Virus record (IMG/VR): IMGVR_UViG_3300010381_000013
Coordinates: 1-54,006 of that record
DNA length: 54,006 bases
DNA from: a virus
Taxonomy: Duplodnaviria > Caudoviricetes
Direction: 5' to 3' (one strand)
Position numbers and translations under genes: made by a program. The notes beneath the pieces were generated by a model that was not told where the DNA came from, searched no databases, and was given only the letters and a program-made list of their open reading frames with translations. Numbering within the stretch: the first letter of the stretch is position 1; each line of letters starts with the position of its first letter. Of the stretch, positions 9,678-19,270 are shown piece by piece.

Positions 9678-10022
9678 ATGATCACCGTGTCCTACTTCGC
9701 CAGCAAGGCCCCCTCCGATCGGAAAATCTGTATCGCCAAGGGGCGTCCGCGCTATTTCAAGGGGCTTTCCTTCAAGGACTTCGCCCCGCTCTTCCCCCAC
9801 GACCTCAACAACTGGAAAACCCGCTACCGCCGGGAGCTGGAAGCCCGGTATCCCGACGCGGGGGCGCTTCAGGTCGCCCTGGGGCGCATCGAGGAGCGCG
9901 TCCCGAACCCCATCCTGTGTTGTTACGAGGCGGACCCGTCCGAATGCCATCGGACCATTTTGGCCCAATTTATCGCGGAGCGCCTGGGGCTTGTCGTCCC
10001 CGAGTGGGCTCCCGGCATGTAG
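9678..10022 (+). CDS. DUF488-like protein
   Basis: ILCCYEADPSECHRTILAQ C-terminal motif. Confidence 0.7.
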   Translation: MITVSYFASKAPSDRKICIAKGRPRYFKGLSFKDFAPLFPHDLNNWKTRYRRELEARYPDAGALQVALGRIEERVPNPILCCYEADPSECHRTILAQFIAERLGLVVPEWAPGM

Positions 10023-10031
10023 GAGCCGCGC

Positions 10032-10796
10032 ATGGACAATGCGGAACTTGTCGACGTCCTGACCCAGACCGAACGCAATTCCCTGGCCATCCTGACCCAG
10101 GCGGTCAACGATTGTCAGGCCGATGTCCTGGCCCACAAGCCCGGGGCTGGTGCGCGGCTCATCAAGGCCACGGAAACCCTTGAGAAGTTCAAGGTCAGGT
10201 TCGCGTCGTCCGCAATGTCCGATGCGCCCCTCGAAATCATCGGCAAAATCCCGGCGGTGGAGAAGTACCTGGCCACCGCCGGCTGGCGGATTGGCAAGTC
10301 GAAGCTCTACCAGGACAAGCGCAAGGGGCTGTTGCGGCTTCAACCGGACGGGACGGTTTCCAAGGCCGATGCCGACGCCTACGCGGAGGAGTATCTTCGA
10401 CCGTCGGACGCTACTCCGGACGCGGAGCCGGATGAGGTTTTGATGATGCGCCGCGACCTGCTCAAGGCGGAGCTCGACGTCAAGCAACAGATTGCCGAGC
10501 GGCACAAGATGCGGCTCGAAAAAGAGCGCGGGGACCTCGTCTCGCGCGCCGAATTCGACGCCATGCTCGTTGCTGCCGTCTCCGTGCTGCGTTCCAGTAT
10601 GCGCCAGTGGTTTTACGTCAAGATGGCCGAACTGGTGGAACTCGTGCATGGCGACCCCACCAAGATCGAGGAAGGCATCCACTTTTTCATGAACGAGAGC
10701 AACTTGTTCTTCAACGGTTTTTCCCGGGTCCGGCTGTTCGACGTCCAGGACGATGATTTGGATGATCCGGAGGAAGGGGAGGCGGCCTTTTCATGA
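10032..10796 (+). CDS. Terminase small subunit (Nu1-like)
   Basis: HTH-like middle part, coiled coil ending ERGDLVSRAEF; overlaps the large subunit start. Confidence 0.7.
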   Translation: MDNAELVDVLTQTERNSLAILTQAVNDCQADVLAHKPGAGARLIKATETLEKFKVRFASSAMSDAPLEIIGKIPAVEKYLATAGWRIGKSKLYQDKRKGLLRLQPDGTVSKADADAYAEEYLRPSDATPDAEPDEVLMMRRDLLKAELDVKQQIAERHKMRLEKERGDLVSRAEFDAMLVAAVSVLRSSMRQWFYVKMAELVELVHGDPTKIEEGIHFFMNESNLFFNGFSRVRLFDVQDDDLDDPEEGEAAFS

Positions 10797-12808
10797 GCGC
10801 CGCGCCCTGCCTCGTCACGCCTCCGGCGCAGTCCGACAAGGTCGAGGTCGTTGAGGTCGACCGCGCCCTTGTCCATGCTCTCGGCTTGCCTGTCCCGGAA
10901 CTGGACCAGGACAGGAAGAACTTCTTCCTGCGGTTTTCCTTCTCGTCCACAGTGCGCGCCGCCTTTCGGGCTCCGGTCGGCATGCGCCCGGCGGCCTGGG
11001 CGGAAAAGTATTTCATCGTCACCGAGGGGTCGCGCCCCGGTCCCTGGCGCAATGAAAACGCGCCCTACCTCGCCGGCATCATGGACGCCTGGTCCGAGCC
11101 CTACGTGCGCGACGTCACGTTCATGGCCCCGCCCCAGGTCGGCAAGTCCAAGATCGGCGAAATCCTCGTCGGCTACATTGCCGACCGCGACCCGAGCCTG
11201 ACGCAGTACGTGGTGCCGGACGAAACGTCCGCTGCCGAACTGGTGGACGAGCGCCTGCGGCCCATGTTCGAGGAAAGTCAGCGGCTGTCCAAGCTCCTGA
11301 CCGGCGCGCCCAAGGACCTGACCGCCAAGCGGTTCAAACTGCGCACCATGCGCGTCATGCTGGTCTGGGCCGGGTCCGTTTCCCGCCTTGCGGCCAAGGC
11401 GGCCAAGTACCAAATCCGCGACGAGGTCGACAAATACCCGGAAGCTCCATCAAAAAAGGAGACCAGCACCGAGGCGCTGCTCGACAAGCGGCAGCGCACC
11501 TTCCGTTGGGACCGCAAGATCTACCGCGACTCCTCCCCGACCAAGGAATCCGGCCCGATTTTTCTGGCCTTCAGCGCGGCGTCGGCACGTTTTTATTTCC
11601 ACGTGCGCTGTCCCCTCTGCGGTCACATGCAGCGCATGTACTTTACCGATCCCGACGGCCGCCAGTGCGTGTGCTGGCCCAAGGAAGAGACGGAAGCGGA
11701 CCGGATCGAGGACGGCCTCCTGGCCTGGTATGAATGTTCCCGTTGCGCCGGCCATTGGGACGACGCCAAGCGCGACCGGGCGGTTTCACGCGGCGAGTGG
11801 CGCGAGGAAAAGACCGGTATGGAGCTGTTCGCCTACCTCCGGCTCCACAAGCCACGCCGCATCGCCTTCCACATTTCCGCGCTCTACTCGATGTTCGTCA
11901 GCCTGTCCGAAACGGCTGCCGCGTTCCTGCGCTCCAAGGGGAACAAGCTGGCTCTGCGCGACTTCTGCAACGGCTACCTCGCCGAGCCCTGGAAGGATTA
12001 TGCCGTGGAGCGCAAGGAACAGGCCATCCTAGCCCTGCGCGACGACAGGCCGCGCGGTCTGGTCCCGGGCGGCGGCGTTGTGTCGTGCCTGCTGGCCAGC
12101 GTGGACACCCAGAAGGACCACTTTATCTACCGCATCCGCGCCTTCGGCTGGGGCGGCGATTCCACGACCTGGGGTGTCCGCGAGGGCCGCGTGGAAACCT
12201 TCGAGGAAGTGGAGCGCGTGCTCTGGCAGGATGAGTACAAGGACCCGGACGGGAAGTCCTACCCGGTACGTCTCACGATCATGGACTCCCAGGGCACCCG
12301 CACCGCCGAGGTCTACGAGTTTTGCCGCAAGCACGTGGGCAAGATCTTCGCCTTCAAGGGTGAGCAGCAGATGTCCGTGCCCCACACCTTCACGGTCATC
12401 GACCACTTCCCCAACTCGCCGCGCAAGATCCCTGGCGGCTTGAAGCTCCTGCGCGGCCACGTCACCTACTTCAAGAGCATGCTTGCCGGGAAATTGTCGA
12501 TCAACCCGGCCGATCCCGGTGCGTTCCTGCTCCACGCCGAAACCACGGAAGACTACGCCCGCCAGATGTGCGCCGAATACTACGACGACGCGGACGGGGT
12601 ATGGCTGTGCCCGGACCACAAGGCCAACCACTTTTGGGACTGCGAGGTCTATTGCCTCATCGCCGCCGACCTGCTCGGCGTGCGCCACTGGAAGAAACCG
12701 GAGGACACGCCGGCCGCGTCGGTCGTGCGCCATGCACCGTCAACGTCGCGCGGCGGCCGCTCGGGCTCTCGTCCGGTCCCATCCGCCATAGCCAGAAGGA
12801 GAGGATAG
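10793..12808 (+). CDS. Terminase large subunit, lambda GpA family
   Basis: PGPW...PY; APPQVGKS Walker A; RDEVDKY Walker B; SSPT; CPLCG zinc ribbon; SVDTQ and NHFWDC nuclease motifs. Confidence 0.95.
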   Translation: MSAAPCLVTPPAQSDKVEVVEVDRALVHALGLPVPELDQDRKNFFLRFSFSSTVRAAFRAPVGMRPAAWAEKYFIVTEGSRPGPWRNENAPYLAGIMDAWSEPYVRDVTFMAPPQVGKSKIGEILVGYIADRDPSLTQYVVPDETSAAELVDERLRPMFEESQRLSKLLTGAPKDLTAKRFKLRTMRVMLVWAGSVSRLAAKAAKYQIRDEVDKYPEAPSKKETSTEALLDKRQRTFRWDRKIYRDSSPTKESGPIFLAFSAASARFYFHVRCPLCGHMQRMYFTDPDGRQCVCWPKEETEADRIEDGLLAWYECSRCAGHWDDAKRDRAVSRGEWREEKTGMELFAYLRLHKPRRIAFHISALYSMFVSLSETAAAFLRSKGNKLALRDFCNGYLAEPWKDYAVERKEQAILALRDDRPRGLVPGGGVVSCLLASVDTQKDHFIYRIRAFGWGGDSTTWGVREGRVETFEEVERVLWQDEYKDPDGKSYPVRLTIMDSQGTRTAEVYEFCRKHVGKIFAFKGEQQMSVPHTFTVIDHFPNSPRKIPGGLKLLRGHVTYFKSMLAGKLSINPADPGAFLLHAETTEDYARQMCAEYYDDADGVWLCPDHKANHFWDCEVYCLIAADLLGVRHWKKPEDTPAASVVRHAPSTSRGGRSGSRPVPSAIARRRG

Positions 12809-12810
12809 CT

Positions 12811-13017
12811 ATGCCGAACGATAGCCTGCTCAATGTCGAACAAGTCCGTGTACTCCTCGGCGGCGAAAGTAAGCCCGTGTCCAAGATGTGGGCCTATAAG
12901 CTCATCAAGGAGGGGAAGCTCAAGGCCATCCGCTATGGCACCGTCAAGGGTATCCGGGTCTACCGCTCGTCCGTGGAACGCTATCTTCGGGATCGCGGTC
13001 GGGATATGTCCTCGTGA
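12811..13017 (+). CDS. Small excisionase-type HTH DNA-binding protein
   Basis: LLNVEQVRVLLG...AYKLIKEGKLKAIR...RVYRSSVERYL; AGGAGAGG RBS. Confidence 0.75.
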   Translation: MPNDSLLNVEQVRVLLGGESKPVSKMWAYKLIKEGKLKAIRYGTVKGIRVYRSSVERYLRDRGRDMSS

Positions 13018-13143
13018 GCCTCCCCTACCCCGAAGATGGTGCCGGCGTTGGACGGGGGTACACGATAGGGCCGCGCGGGATGGATGTTTTTTTGCTAGCA
13101 TTTATTGCTTGCATTGATAGCAAAAAATGCTATCTTTATTCTT

Positions 13144-13413
13144 ATGAATAGCGCGCACAAAAAGACCTTGGCCGCCGTGTTTGCCCGGCAGACCCCGAGG
13201 AATTTGGAGTGGGCCAGGATCGAGGCATTGCTGGCCGCGTGTGGGTGCGATATTTTTGAGGGGCGAGGATCGCGGGTGACGTTTTCCAAGGGACCGCATT
13301 CCCTGGACGCGCATCGGCCGCATCCCGGAAAAGAGGCCAAGCCCTACCAAGTGCGCGATGCCAGGGCGTTTCTTGAAAAGATCGGGATAGCCCCTGAAGA
13401 GGAGGGAATATGA
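13144..13413 (+). CDS. hicA: HicA-family mRNA interferase toxin
   Basis: EGRGSRV and HRPHPGKEAKPYQV motifs. Confidence 0.9.
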   Translation: MNSAHKKTLAAVFARQTPRNLEWARIEALLAACGCDIFEGRGSRVTFSKGPHSLDAHRPHPGKEAKPYQVRDARAFLEKIGIAPEEEGI

Positions 13414-13742
13414 CCCCTATGACGTACAAGGGCTACGCGGCCCGGATCGAATACAGCGACGAAGACGAATGCTTTGTCGGACACATCGCCGGGATAAGCG
13501 ACATTGTCGGGTTTCATGGCGATTCCGTGGAAGAAATCCGCGCCGCTTTTCATGAGGCTGTTGATCATTATCTGGAGGCTTGCGCGGCCAGAAACGTGCC
13601 GCCCAACAAGCCCTATTCCGGCAAGATCATGGTTCGCGTCAGCCCGGAGCTGCATGCCCGCGTGGCCATGATTGCCTCGGCAAGAGGCGTGAGTCTCAAC
13701 GCCCTGGCAACGGAAGCCCTGGAGCATACCGCGCAGGGCTAG
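13410..13742 (+). CDS. hicB: HicB-family antitoxin
   Basis: MTYKGYAARIEYSDED, FHEAVDHYL, KPYSGKIMVRVSPELH RHH domain; overlaps the hicA stop. Confidence 0.92.
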   Translation: MTPMTYKGYAARIEYSDEDECFVGHIAGISDIVGFHGDSVEEIRAAFHEAVDHYLEACAARNVPPNKPYSGKIMVRVSPELHARVAMIASARGVSLNALATEALEHTAQG

Positions 13743-13758
13743 CCACAAGAAAGCGAAA

Positions 13759-13806
13759 CCAACGGGGTCGGCGGAAGTCGGCCCCGTTGGGCATCTTCGT
13801 TTTTTT
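13759..13806 (+). terminator. Hairpin after hicB, probable terminator
   Basis: CCAACGGGGTCGGC-GGAA-GTCGGCCCCGTTGG, with a T-run about 10 nt downstream. Confidence 0.5.
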
Positions 13807-13912
13807 CCCTCTGCCCCCCCACCTCCATCGAGGCGCCCCTGTCATCCCCCGCGTCAAGCGCCTTATCTGAGATTTTTCACCCGCAATCTCACTGTGCTGA
13901 AGCGTTTAGGCG

Positions 13913-13985
13913 CAACGTCTCACAATCGTTGAGAATCAACGTCTCGCACCCTTAAAAAAACCGTTTGCCACGTTCGTGACGTTCG
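13913..13985 (+). promoter_or_regulatory. Direct-repeat operator-like motifs upstream of the head operon
   Basis: CAACGTCTC(A/G)CA at 13913 and 13937; ACGTTCG at 13970 and 13979. Confidence 0.4.
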
Positions 13986-14029
13986 CATGGTAAACTGACA
14001 TGCCCCCATGATTGCCCTACGGGGCAAGC

Positions 14030-14281
14030 ATGCCGAATCTCTTCTCCCTGTACGACGACGCCGAGCTGGAAACGCTCATCAGCCAGATCAAGGCCGCCAT
14101 CCCCAAGGTCCTGGCCGGCCAGCGCGTGAAGGTCGACGATACCGAGTACGACTACAACAGCCTCGACGCCCTTGAGTCCTTCGGGACAGGGTTGGCCAGG
14201 GAGAAGGCGGCGCGTTCGGGGACCTCTTCCCGCGTCACGGTTTTGCGCCCCCGTCGTCCTGACGCCTGGAGGCGCTGGTAG
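14030..14281 (+). CDS. gpW-like head-tail joining protein
   Basis: Small ORF between terminase and portal; helix-hairpin-helix pattern IKAAIPKVLAGQRVKVDDTEYDY. Confidence 0.65.
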   Translation: MPNLFSLYDDAELETLISQIKAAIPKVLAGQRVKVDDTEYDYNSLDALESFGTGLAREKAARSGTSSRVTVLRPRRPDAWRRW

Positions 14282-15966
14282 TGGCCGCCCCCGCGCTGGT
14301 CGACCGCTTCGGTCGTCCCTTGGCGGCTCCGGCTTCCGGCCGGGTTGGCGGCGTGTCCCGGGTTGCCGGCGGCCATCGCGGCACCCTGGCCGGCTGGTGG
14401 CCGCGCCGCAACACCGACGAATCCGCCTCTCGGGAGCGCGACGTCATCGCCCGCCGCGCCGAAGACCTCGCCGCCAACGACGCTCATGCCGCCGGCCTCA
14501 TCGGCGGCCTGGCCACGAACGTGGTCGGCACGGGCATCAAGCCGCAATCCCAGGTCGAAGCCGCTGCCTTGGACCTCACCGATGAAGACGCCGTTTCCGA
14601 GCTGCGCGACCAGATCGAGGCGGCGTTTTCCCTTTGGGCCATGCGCGCCGACGCCGGGGGCCGCATGACTTTCGACATGCTCCAGGCCCTCAATATCCGC
14701 ACCACGCTCATTCAGGGCGAGTTCTGCAACCTGTGCGTCAACATGGCCGACGTGGGCGGCGGCCTTCCCCCAGGGCGTCATTTTTCCATGGCCCTGCAAT
14801 CCATCTCGCCGCAGCGCATCCAAAGTCCGTTCGGCCAGTGGTATTCCCCGGATGTTCATGACGGCGTCAAGCTCGGCGCTTTCGGCGAACCGACCGGCTA
14901 CTGGATTGCCCAGCCGGACATGACCGGCAACATTCCGTTCGGGCAGGCGCTCAACGCCCGCTACTATCCGGCCAATATCGCCCACCGCCCGGTGGTGCTT
15001 CACGCCTTTCCCCAGACGGACCCCGAACAGTTCCGAGGCCGTTCGATCCTGGCCCCGGCCATGAAGTTCTTCCGCGACCTCAACGACTGCCTCGACTACG
15101 AGCTGGTCGGCCAGCTCGTCGCCGCCGCCTTCCCGATCGCCATCACCTCGGACATGTCGGGCCTGCTGCAGGGATTTGGAACCGAGTTCAAGGACCAGGT
15201 GCGATTCCGCAGGGATGATGAGCGCGTCGCCGACGTGCAGCCGGGTTCCGTGCTTGAGCTCTACCAGGGCGAGGACGTCAAACCCCTGGAAAGCAAGCGT
15301 CCGGGTAACAATTTCGACCCCTTCGTCACGCGCATCCTGCGCGCCGCCGGCGCGGCGGCCGGTATCCCCTACGAAGTGGTGGTCAAGGATTTTTCCAAGA
15401 CCAACTATTCGTCGGCCCGGGCCGCACTCCTCGAGGCCCAGCGCGTGTTCCGCTGCTACCAGCAATGGCTGATCGTTTCCTTTTGCCAGCGTGTCTGGCG
15501 GGCTGTCGTCGAGGAGGCTTTCGTGCGGGGCATGGTCAAGATCCCGCAGGGCGCGCCGGATTTCTACGACGCCATGGACGCCTACCTGGCCGTTTCCTGG
15601 ATTCCGCCGCGTCCCGGCCATGTGGACCCGACCAAGGAAATCGATGCCGAAATCGCGGCGAAGGAAGCCGGCGTCACCACGGACGCGGAAATCATTTCCG
15701 CCCGTGGAGGCGACTGGGAAGCAGTCTACCGACAGCGTGCCCGGGAAAAGAAACTGCGGCAAAAGCTCGGGCTGGATGAACCTTCCTCTACCCGATCCAC
15801 GCTCCCCACGCCGAAGCAGGTCCAGGAACAAGACGAAGCGCTTGCTGTCGAAGACCAGGGCACCCAGCCGGAAGGAGCCAACCGTGGAGGCGATATTTTC
15901 GCCCATATTGCACAACTCCAAGCCGTATGCGCTGCTCCGGCGCAGCATTGCGAGGCGAGGACATGA
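14281..15966 (+). CDS. Portal protein, lambda gpB family
   Basis: RAEDLAAND, NVVGTGIKP, EQFRGRS, DFSKTNYSSARAALLE, VDPTKE motifs. Confidence 0.95.
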   Translation: MAAPALVDRFGRPLAAPASGRVGGVSRVAGGHRGTLAGWWPRRNTDESASRERDVIARRAEDLAANDAHAAGLIGGLATNVVGTGIKPQSQVEAAALDLTDEDAVSELRDQIEAAFSLWAMRADAGGRMTFDMLQALNIRTTLIQGEFCNLCVNMADVGGGLPPGRHFSMALQSISPQRIQSPFGQWYSPDVHDGVKLGAFGEPTGYWIAQPDMTGNIPFGQALNARYYPANIAHRPVVLHAFPQTDPEQFRGRSILAPAMKFFRDLNDCLDYELVGQLVAAAFPIAITSDMSGLLQGFGTEFKDQVRFRRDDERVADVQPGSVLELYQGEDVKPLESKRPGNNFDPFVTRILRAAGAAAGIPYEVVVKDFSKTNYSSARAALLEAQRVFRCYQQWLIVSFCQRVWRAVVEEAFVRGMVKIPQGAPDFYDAMDAYLAVSWIPPRPGHVDPTKEIDAEIAAKEAGVTTDAEIISARGGDWEAVYRQRAREKKLRQKLGLDEPSSTRSTLPTPKQVQEQDEALAVEDQGTQPEGANRGGDIFAHIAQLQAVCAAPAQHCEART

Positions 15967-17243
15967 CCATTTCGAGCGAACATCCGGCCCCGCGCGTGCT
16001 TTCGGCCATTATGGCCGAGCCCTGGGCCATCCTGCCCGGCTCCCTGGAACTGATTTTGGAAATCGCGGCCCGGCGCGGTGACCCGGAGGCCCTGGCCGTC
16101 AAGCGCGGTACGGCCCTGGAAGGTTCGCGCACCGTCGAGATGCGCGGCAACGTGGCCGTCATCCCGGTCATGGGTCCCATATTCCCCCGGGCCAGCATGT
16201 TCGAGTCCATCTCGCAAGCCGCCGTGTCCGTGGAGACCCTGGCCAGGGACCTGCAAGCGGCCCTGGACGATCCCGCCGTCGCGTCCATCGTACTCAACAT
16301 CGACAGCCCCGGCGGCCAGGTTTCAGGCATCCACGAGTTCGCGTCCCGGTTGTTCTCCGCCAAGTCCTCCAAGCCCATCGTCGCCTACATCCAGGGCACG
16401 GGCGCGTCGGCCGCCTACTGGATCGCCTCGGCCACGTCCAAGATTTTCGCCGACGCCGCCGCTGTTGTCGGCAGTATCGGCATCGTGGCGACGCTGCCCA
16501 AAAACGACGGGAAAACGCTCTCCATCGTCTCCAGCCGCGCCCCGAAAAAGCGCGTCGACCCCGACACGGAAGACGGCCGGGCCGAGGTCGTCCGCACACT
16601 GGACGATCTCCATGCCGTGTTCGTGGGTGACGTGGCTTCCTTTCGAGGCGTCACGGCGGAGCATGTCGAGCAGAATTTCGGCCAGGGCGGCGTCATGGTC
16701 GGCGCGCGGGCCGTCGCCGCCGGCCTGGCCGACGCCCTGGGCAGTCTCGAAGGCGTCATCGCGGAATTGTCCGCGCCCCGGCCCCTCGCCGGAAACCTCA
16801 ATGCGGAGGAGACAATCATGCCCGACGCGAACAAGCCGGATGCCGGCGGGGGACCGACCGCCGCGAACCAGTCTCCGGCCAATCCCGCCACGAACCCCAC
16901 GGCCGATGACGTGCTGGCCATGGTCACGGCCATGCACGGCCCGGAAGCGGCCCACGCCATCACCGCCGCCCTGGCCGAAGCCGCCGCCTTGAACGTGGGA
17001 CCCAAGGCCTACGCGGCCCTTTTCGCCAAGTTCGGCGTGAAACAGCCCGAGGCCAAAGCGCCCACGAAACCCGAACAGCCCGCCGTTCCGGCTCCGCTGG
17101 CCGTGCTCCAGGCTGCTTTGGCCACCCCGTCCGCCCCGGGTAGCGTCGCTCCGGCCAGCGAGGCGGCGGACGAACGCATCCGCAACGCCGGCATCGCCGG
17201 GGCCAACGCCCGCAGCGGCTACCGCGCCAAGGGAGGCAAGTAA
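15963..17243 (+). CDS. S49-family prohead protease (lambda gpC-like) with C-terminal scaffold region
   Basis: LNIDSPGG, ASAAYWIASA, VGSIGIV motifs. Confidence 0.92.
   Translation: MTISSEHPAPRVLSAIMAEPWAILPGSLELILEIAARRGDPEALAVKRGTALEGSRTVEMRGNVAVIPVMGPIFPRASMFESISQAAVSVETLARDLQAALDDPAVASIVLNIDSPGGQVSGIHEFASRLFSAKSSKPIVAYIQGTGASAAYWIASATSKIFADAAAVVGSIGIVATLPKNDGKTLSIVSSRAPKKRVDPDTEDGRAEVVRTLDDLHAVFVGDVASFRGVTAEHVEQNFGQGGVMVGARAVAAGLADALGSLEGVIAELSAPRPLAGNLNAEETIMPDANKPDAGGGPTAANQSPANPATNPTADDVLAMVTAMHGPEAAHAITAALAEAAALNVGPKAYAALFAKFGVKQPEAKAPTKPEQPAVPAPLAVLQAALATPSAPGSVAPASEAADERIRNAGIAGANARSGYRAKGGK
16818..17243 (+). CDS. Nested in-frame scaffolding protein (Nu3-like)
   Basis: GGAGGAG RBS before an in-frame ATG at 16818; Ala/Pro-rich product; same arrangement as lambda C/Nu3. 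Confidence 0.65.
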   Translation: MPDANKPDAGGGPTAANQSPANPATNPTADDVLAMVTAMHGPEAAHAITAALAEAAALNVGPKAYAALFAKFGVKQPEAKAPTKPEQPAVPAPLAVLQAALATPSAPGSVAPASEAADERIRNAGIAGANARSGYRAKGGK

Positions 17244-17246
17244 CCC

Positions 17247-17621
17247 ATGAGCACCGAACTTTACGAAACCCTCGGCATCTTTTCGCCGGACAACCTGATT
17301 GCCGGCGACGCCAAGATCGTGACCGCCGCCGGCACCATCGCCTCCGGGGCCGGCGTGCTGGTGCGGGGCACCGTGCTCGGCAAGATCACCGCCAGCGGCA
17401 AATACCTGAAGGCCATCGGCACGGCCGAGGACGGCAGCCAGACCCCGGACGCGATCCTGGCCGAGGACGTGGACGCCACCAGCGCGGATGCGCTGTCCGT
17501 GGTCTACCTGTCCGGCCAGTTCGCCGAATCGGCCCTGACCCTGGACGCGTCCCTGACCCTGGACGGCATCCAGGACGGCCTGCGCGGCAAGAACATCTAC
17601 CTCACCAAGACCGGGAGCTGA
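17247..17621 (+). CDS. Head decoration protein (gpD-like)
   Basis: GTVLGKITASGKY, AILAEDVDA, YLSGQF; lies between protease and capsid genes. Confidence 0.88.
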   Translation: MSTELYETLGIFSPDNLIAGDAKIVTAAGTIASGAGVLVRGTVLGKITASGKYLKAIGTAEDGSQTPDAILAEDVDATSADALSVVYLSGQFAESALTLDASLTLDGIQDGLRGKNIYLTKTGS

Positions 17622-17624
17622 ACC

Positions 17625-18641
17625 ATGAGTTACGACATTTTCGACTACCGCGAGATGATGGGACTCCTGGAAAAATCCTTCCCGCCCCGCGTGTTCCTGC
17701 TCGACACCTTTTTCCCTTCCGTGAAGACGCACGAGACCGAGCATATCGACCTTGACATCAAGAGGCGTGGGCGCCGGTTGGCCGCCTTCGTTTCGGCCAC
17801 CAAGGAAGGCAAGGTCGTGGACCGCTCCGGCTACGAGGCCAAGAGCTTCCGGCCTCCGTACATCAAGGAGAAAAAGGTCACCACGGCCGAGGACGTGCTC
17901 AAACGCCAGCCCGGCGAACTCATCTATGCCACGCCGCTTTCCCCCGAGGAGCGGGCCAACCGCAAACTGGGCGAGGACCTGTCCGATTTGCGCGAGCGCC
18001 AGTTGCGCCGCATCTGCTGGATGGCCGCCCAACTCCTCTTGTCCGGAAAGGTGGTCTGTCAGGGCGACGGCATCGACGTGACCGTGGATTTCGGCATGAG
18101 CTCCGACCACGTCATCACCCTGGGCGCGGAAGACAAGTGGTCCGTGGCCACCTCCGATCCCGTCGGCGATCTCATCGACTGGAAGATGATCGTTTCCCAG
18201 GATTCCGGCCTGGTTCCGGACGTGGCCATCCTGGGCACGGACGTGGCCAAGGCCATCCGCAAAAATTCCCTGGTCATGGAGCAGCTCAACAACCGCCGGG
18301 TGGAGCTCGGCCAGATCAATCCCCAGGACCTTCCCAACGGCGTGACCTACATCGGCAACCTGGAAAGCGTCGACCTCTACAGCTTCGACGACTGGTACGA
18401 GGACGACGAGGGCGATCTTCAGCCCATGGTCCCCTCGGGCAAGGTCATCCTGGGGTCGAGCAAGGCCGAGAACTTCATGCACTACGGCGCCATCAAGGAC
18501 CTTGGTTGCATGGCGGTCACGGATTTTTTTCCGAAGTCCTGGGTCGAAAACGATCCTTCGGCCCGGTTCGTCATGCTCCAGTCCGCGCCCATCCCGGGCA
18601 TGCACGACATCGACGCCTTCGCGGTCGTCGACGCCGTTTAG
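17625..18641 (+). CDS. Major capsid protein, lambda gpE family
   Basis: FLLDTFFP, LAAFVS, FRPPYIKEK, VDFG, MLQSAPIP motifs. Confidence 0.93.
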   Translation: MSYDIFDYREMMGLLEKSFPPRVFLLDTFFPSVKTHETEHIDLDIKRRGRRLAAFVSATKEGKVVDRSGYEAKSFRPPYIKEKKVTTAEDVLKRQPGELIYATPLSPEERANRKLGEDLSDLRERQLRRICWMAAQLLLSGKVVCQGDGIDVTVDFGMSSDHVITLGAEDKWSVATSDPVGDLIDWKMIVSQDSGLVPDVAILGTDVAKAIRKNSLVMEQLNNRRVELGQINPQDLPNGVTYIGNLESVDLYSFDDWYEDDEGDLQPMVPSGKVILGSSKAENFMHYGAIKDLGCMAVTDFFPKSWVENDPSARFVMLQSAPIPGMHDIDAFAVVDAV

Positions 18642-18649
18642 GAGGTCCC

Positions 18650-18904
18650 ATGAAGCTCGAACTGCTCCACGCGGTCAAGCACCAGGGCGTGCTGTGTCGC
18701 ACCGGCGAAGTGATCGAAGTCGCGGACGAAAAAGCCGCCGCCGAACTCATCGACAAGGGCGCGGCCGAACAGGTCTTCGACGTGGCCGCTTCCGCGTCCG
18801 GCGACACCGATCCCAAGACGTCCACCGGCGACACCGATCCCAAGACGCCGACCGACGACGGCGCCAATGCCGGCCCCGGAAAGTCCGCCAAGGCCAAGTC
18901 CTGA
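18650..18904 (+). CDS. Small post-capsid head accessory protein with a tandem GDTDPKT repeat
   Basis: AGGAGG RBS; GEVIEV...AAELIDKGAAE; 23-bp repeat at 18798 and 18825. Confidence 0.65.
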   Translation: MKLELLHAVKHQGVLCRTGEVIEVADEKAAAELIDKGAAEQVFDVAASASGDTDPKTSTGDTDPKTPTDDGANAGPGKSAKAKS

Positions 18905-18969
18905 CCGTCCCCCAAACCGCCCGGGTGGCGCTGCCACGCTGCCCGGGCACAAAGTAAGGAGCCCCTGCC

Positions 18970-19269
18970 GTGACGTTCACGCCTCTCGAAACCCTTTTGC
19001 TGGCCGCATCGGTGACCGTGGTGACGGGACTCGTGGTGCATCTGCTCACCAAACGCAATTACGTCAGCCATGCGGTGTGTGAGGAGAGGCGCGTGCATGT
19101 CTGTTCGACGCTCAAGGCCGTGCAGGACGATCACGCCGAACTGCGCCAGGACATCAAGGACCGCACCAACATTCTTTTCCGCATGGTGCGGGCACTGATC
19201 GCCCACGACAAGGACATGCCCGACGGCATCAAGGCCGAGATCCTGAACGAAACCCCGGGAGGGAAATGA
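18970..19269 (+). CDS. Single-TM coiled-coil protein at the start of the lysis module
   Basis: N-terminal TM segment then coiled coil; AAGGAG RBS before GTG. Confidence 0.6.
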   Translation: MTFTPLETLLLAASVTVVTGLVVHLLTKRNYVSHAVCEERRVHVCSTLKAVQDDHAELRQDIKDRTNILFRMVRALIAHDKDMPDGIKAEILNETPGGK

Positions 19270-19270
19270 C

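Noticed and set aside
18798-18847. 23-bp tandem duplication
   Set aside because: In-frame low-complexity linker expansion in a head accessory protein; not a mini-array
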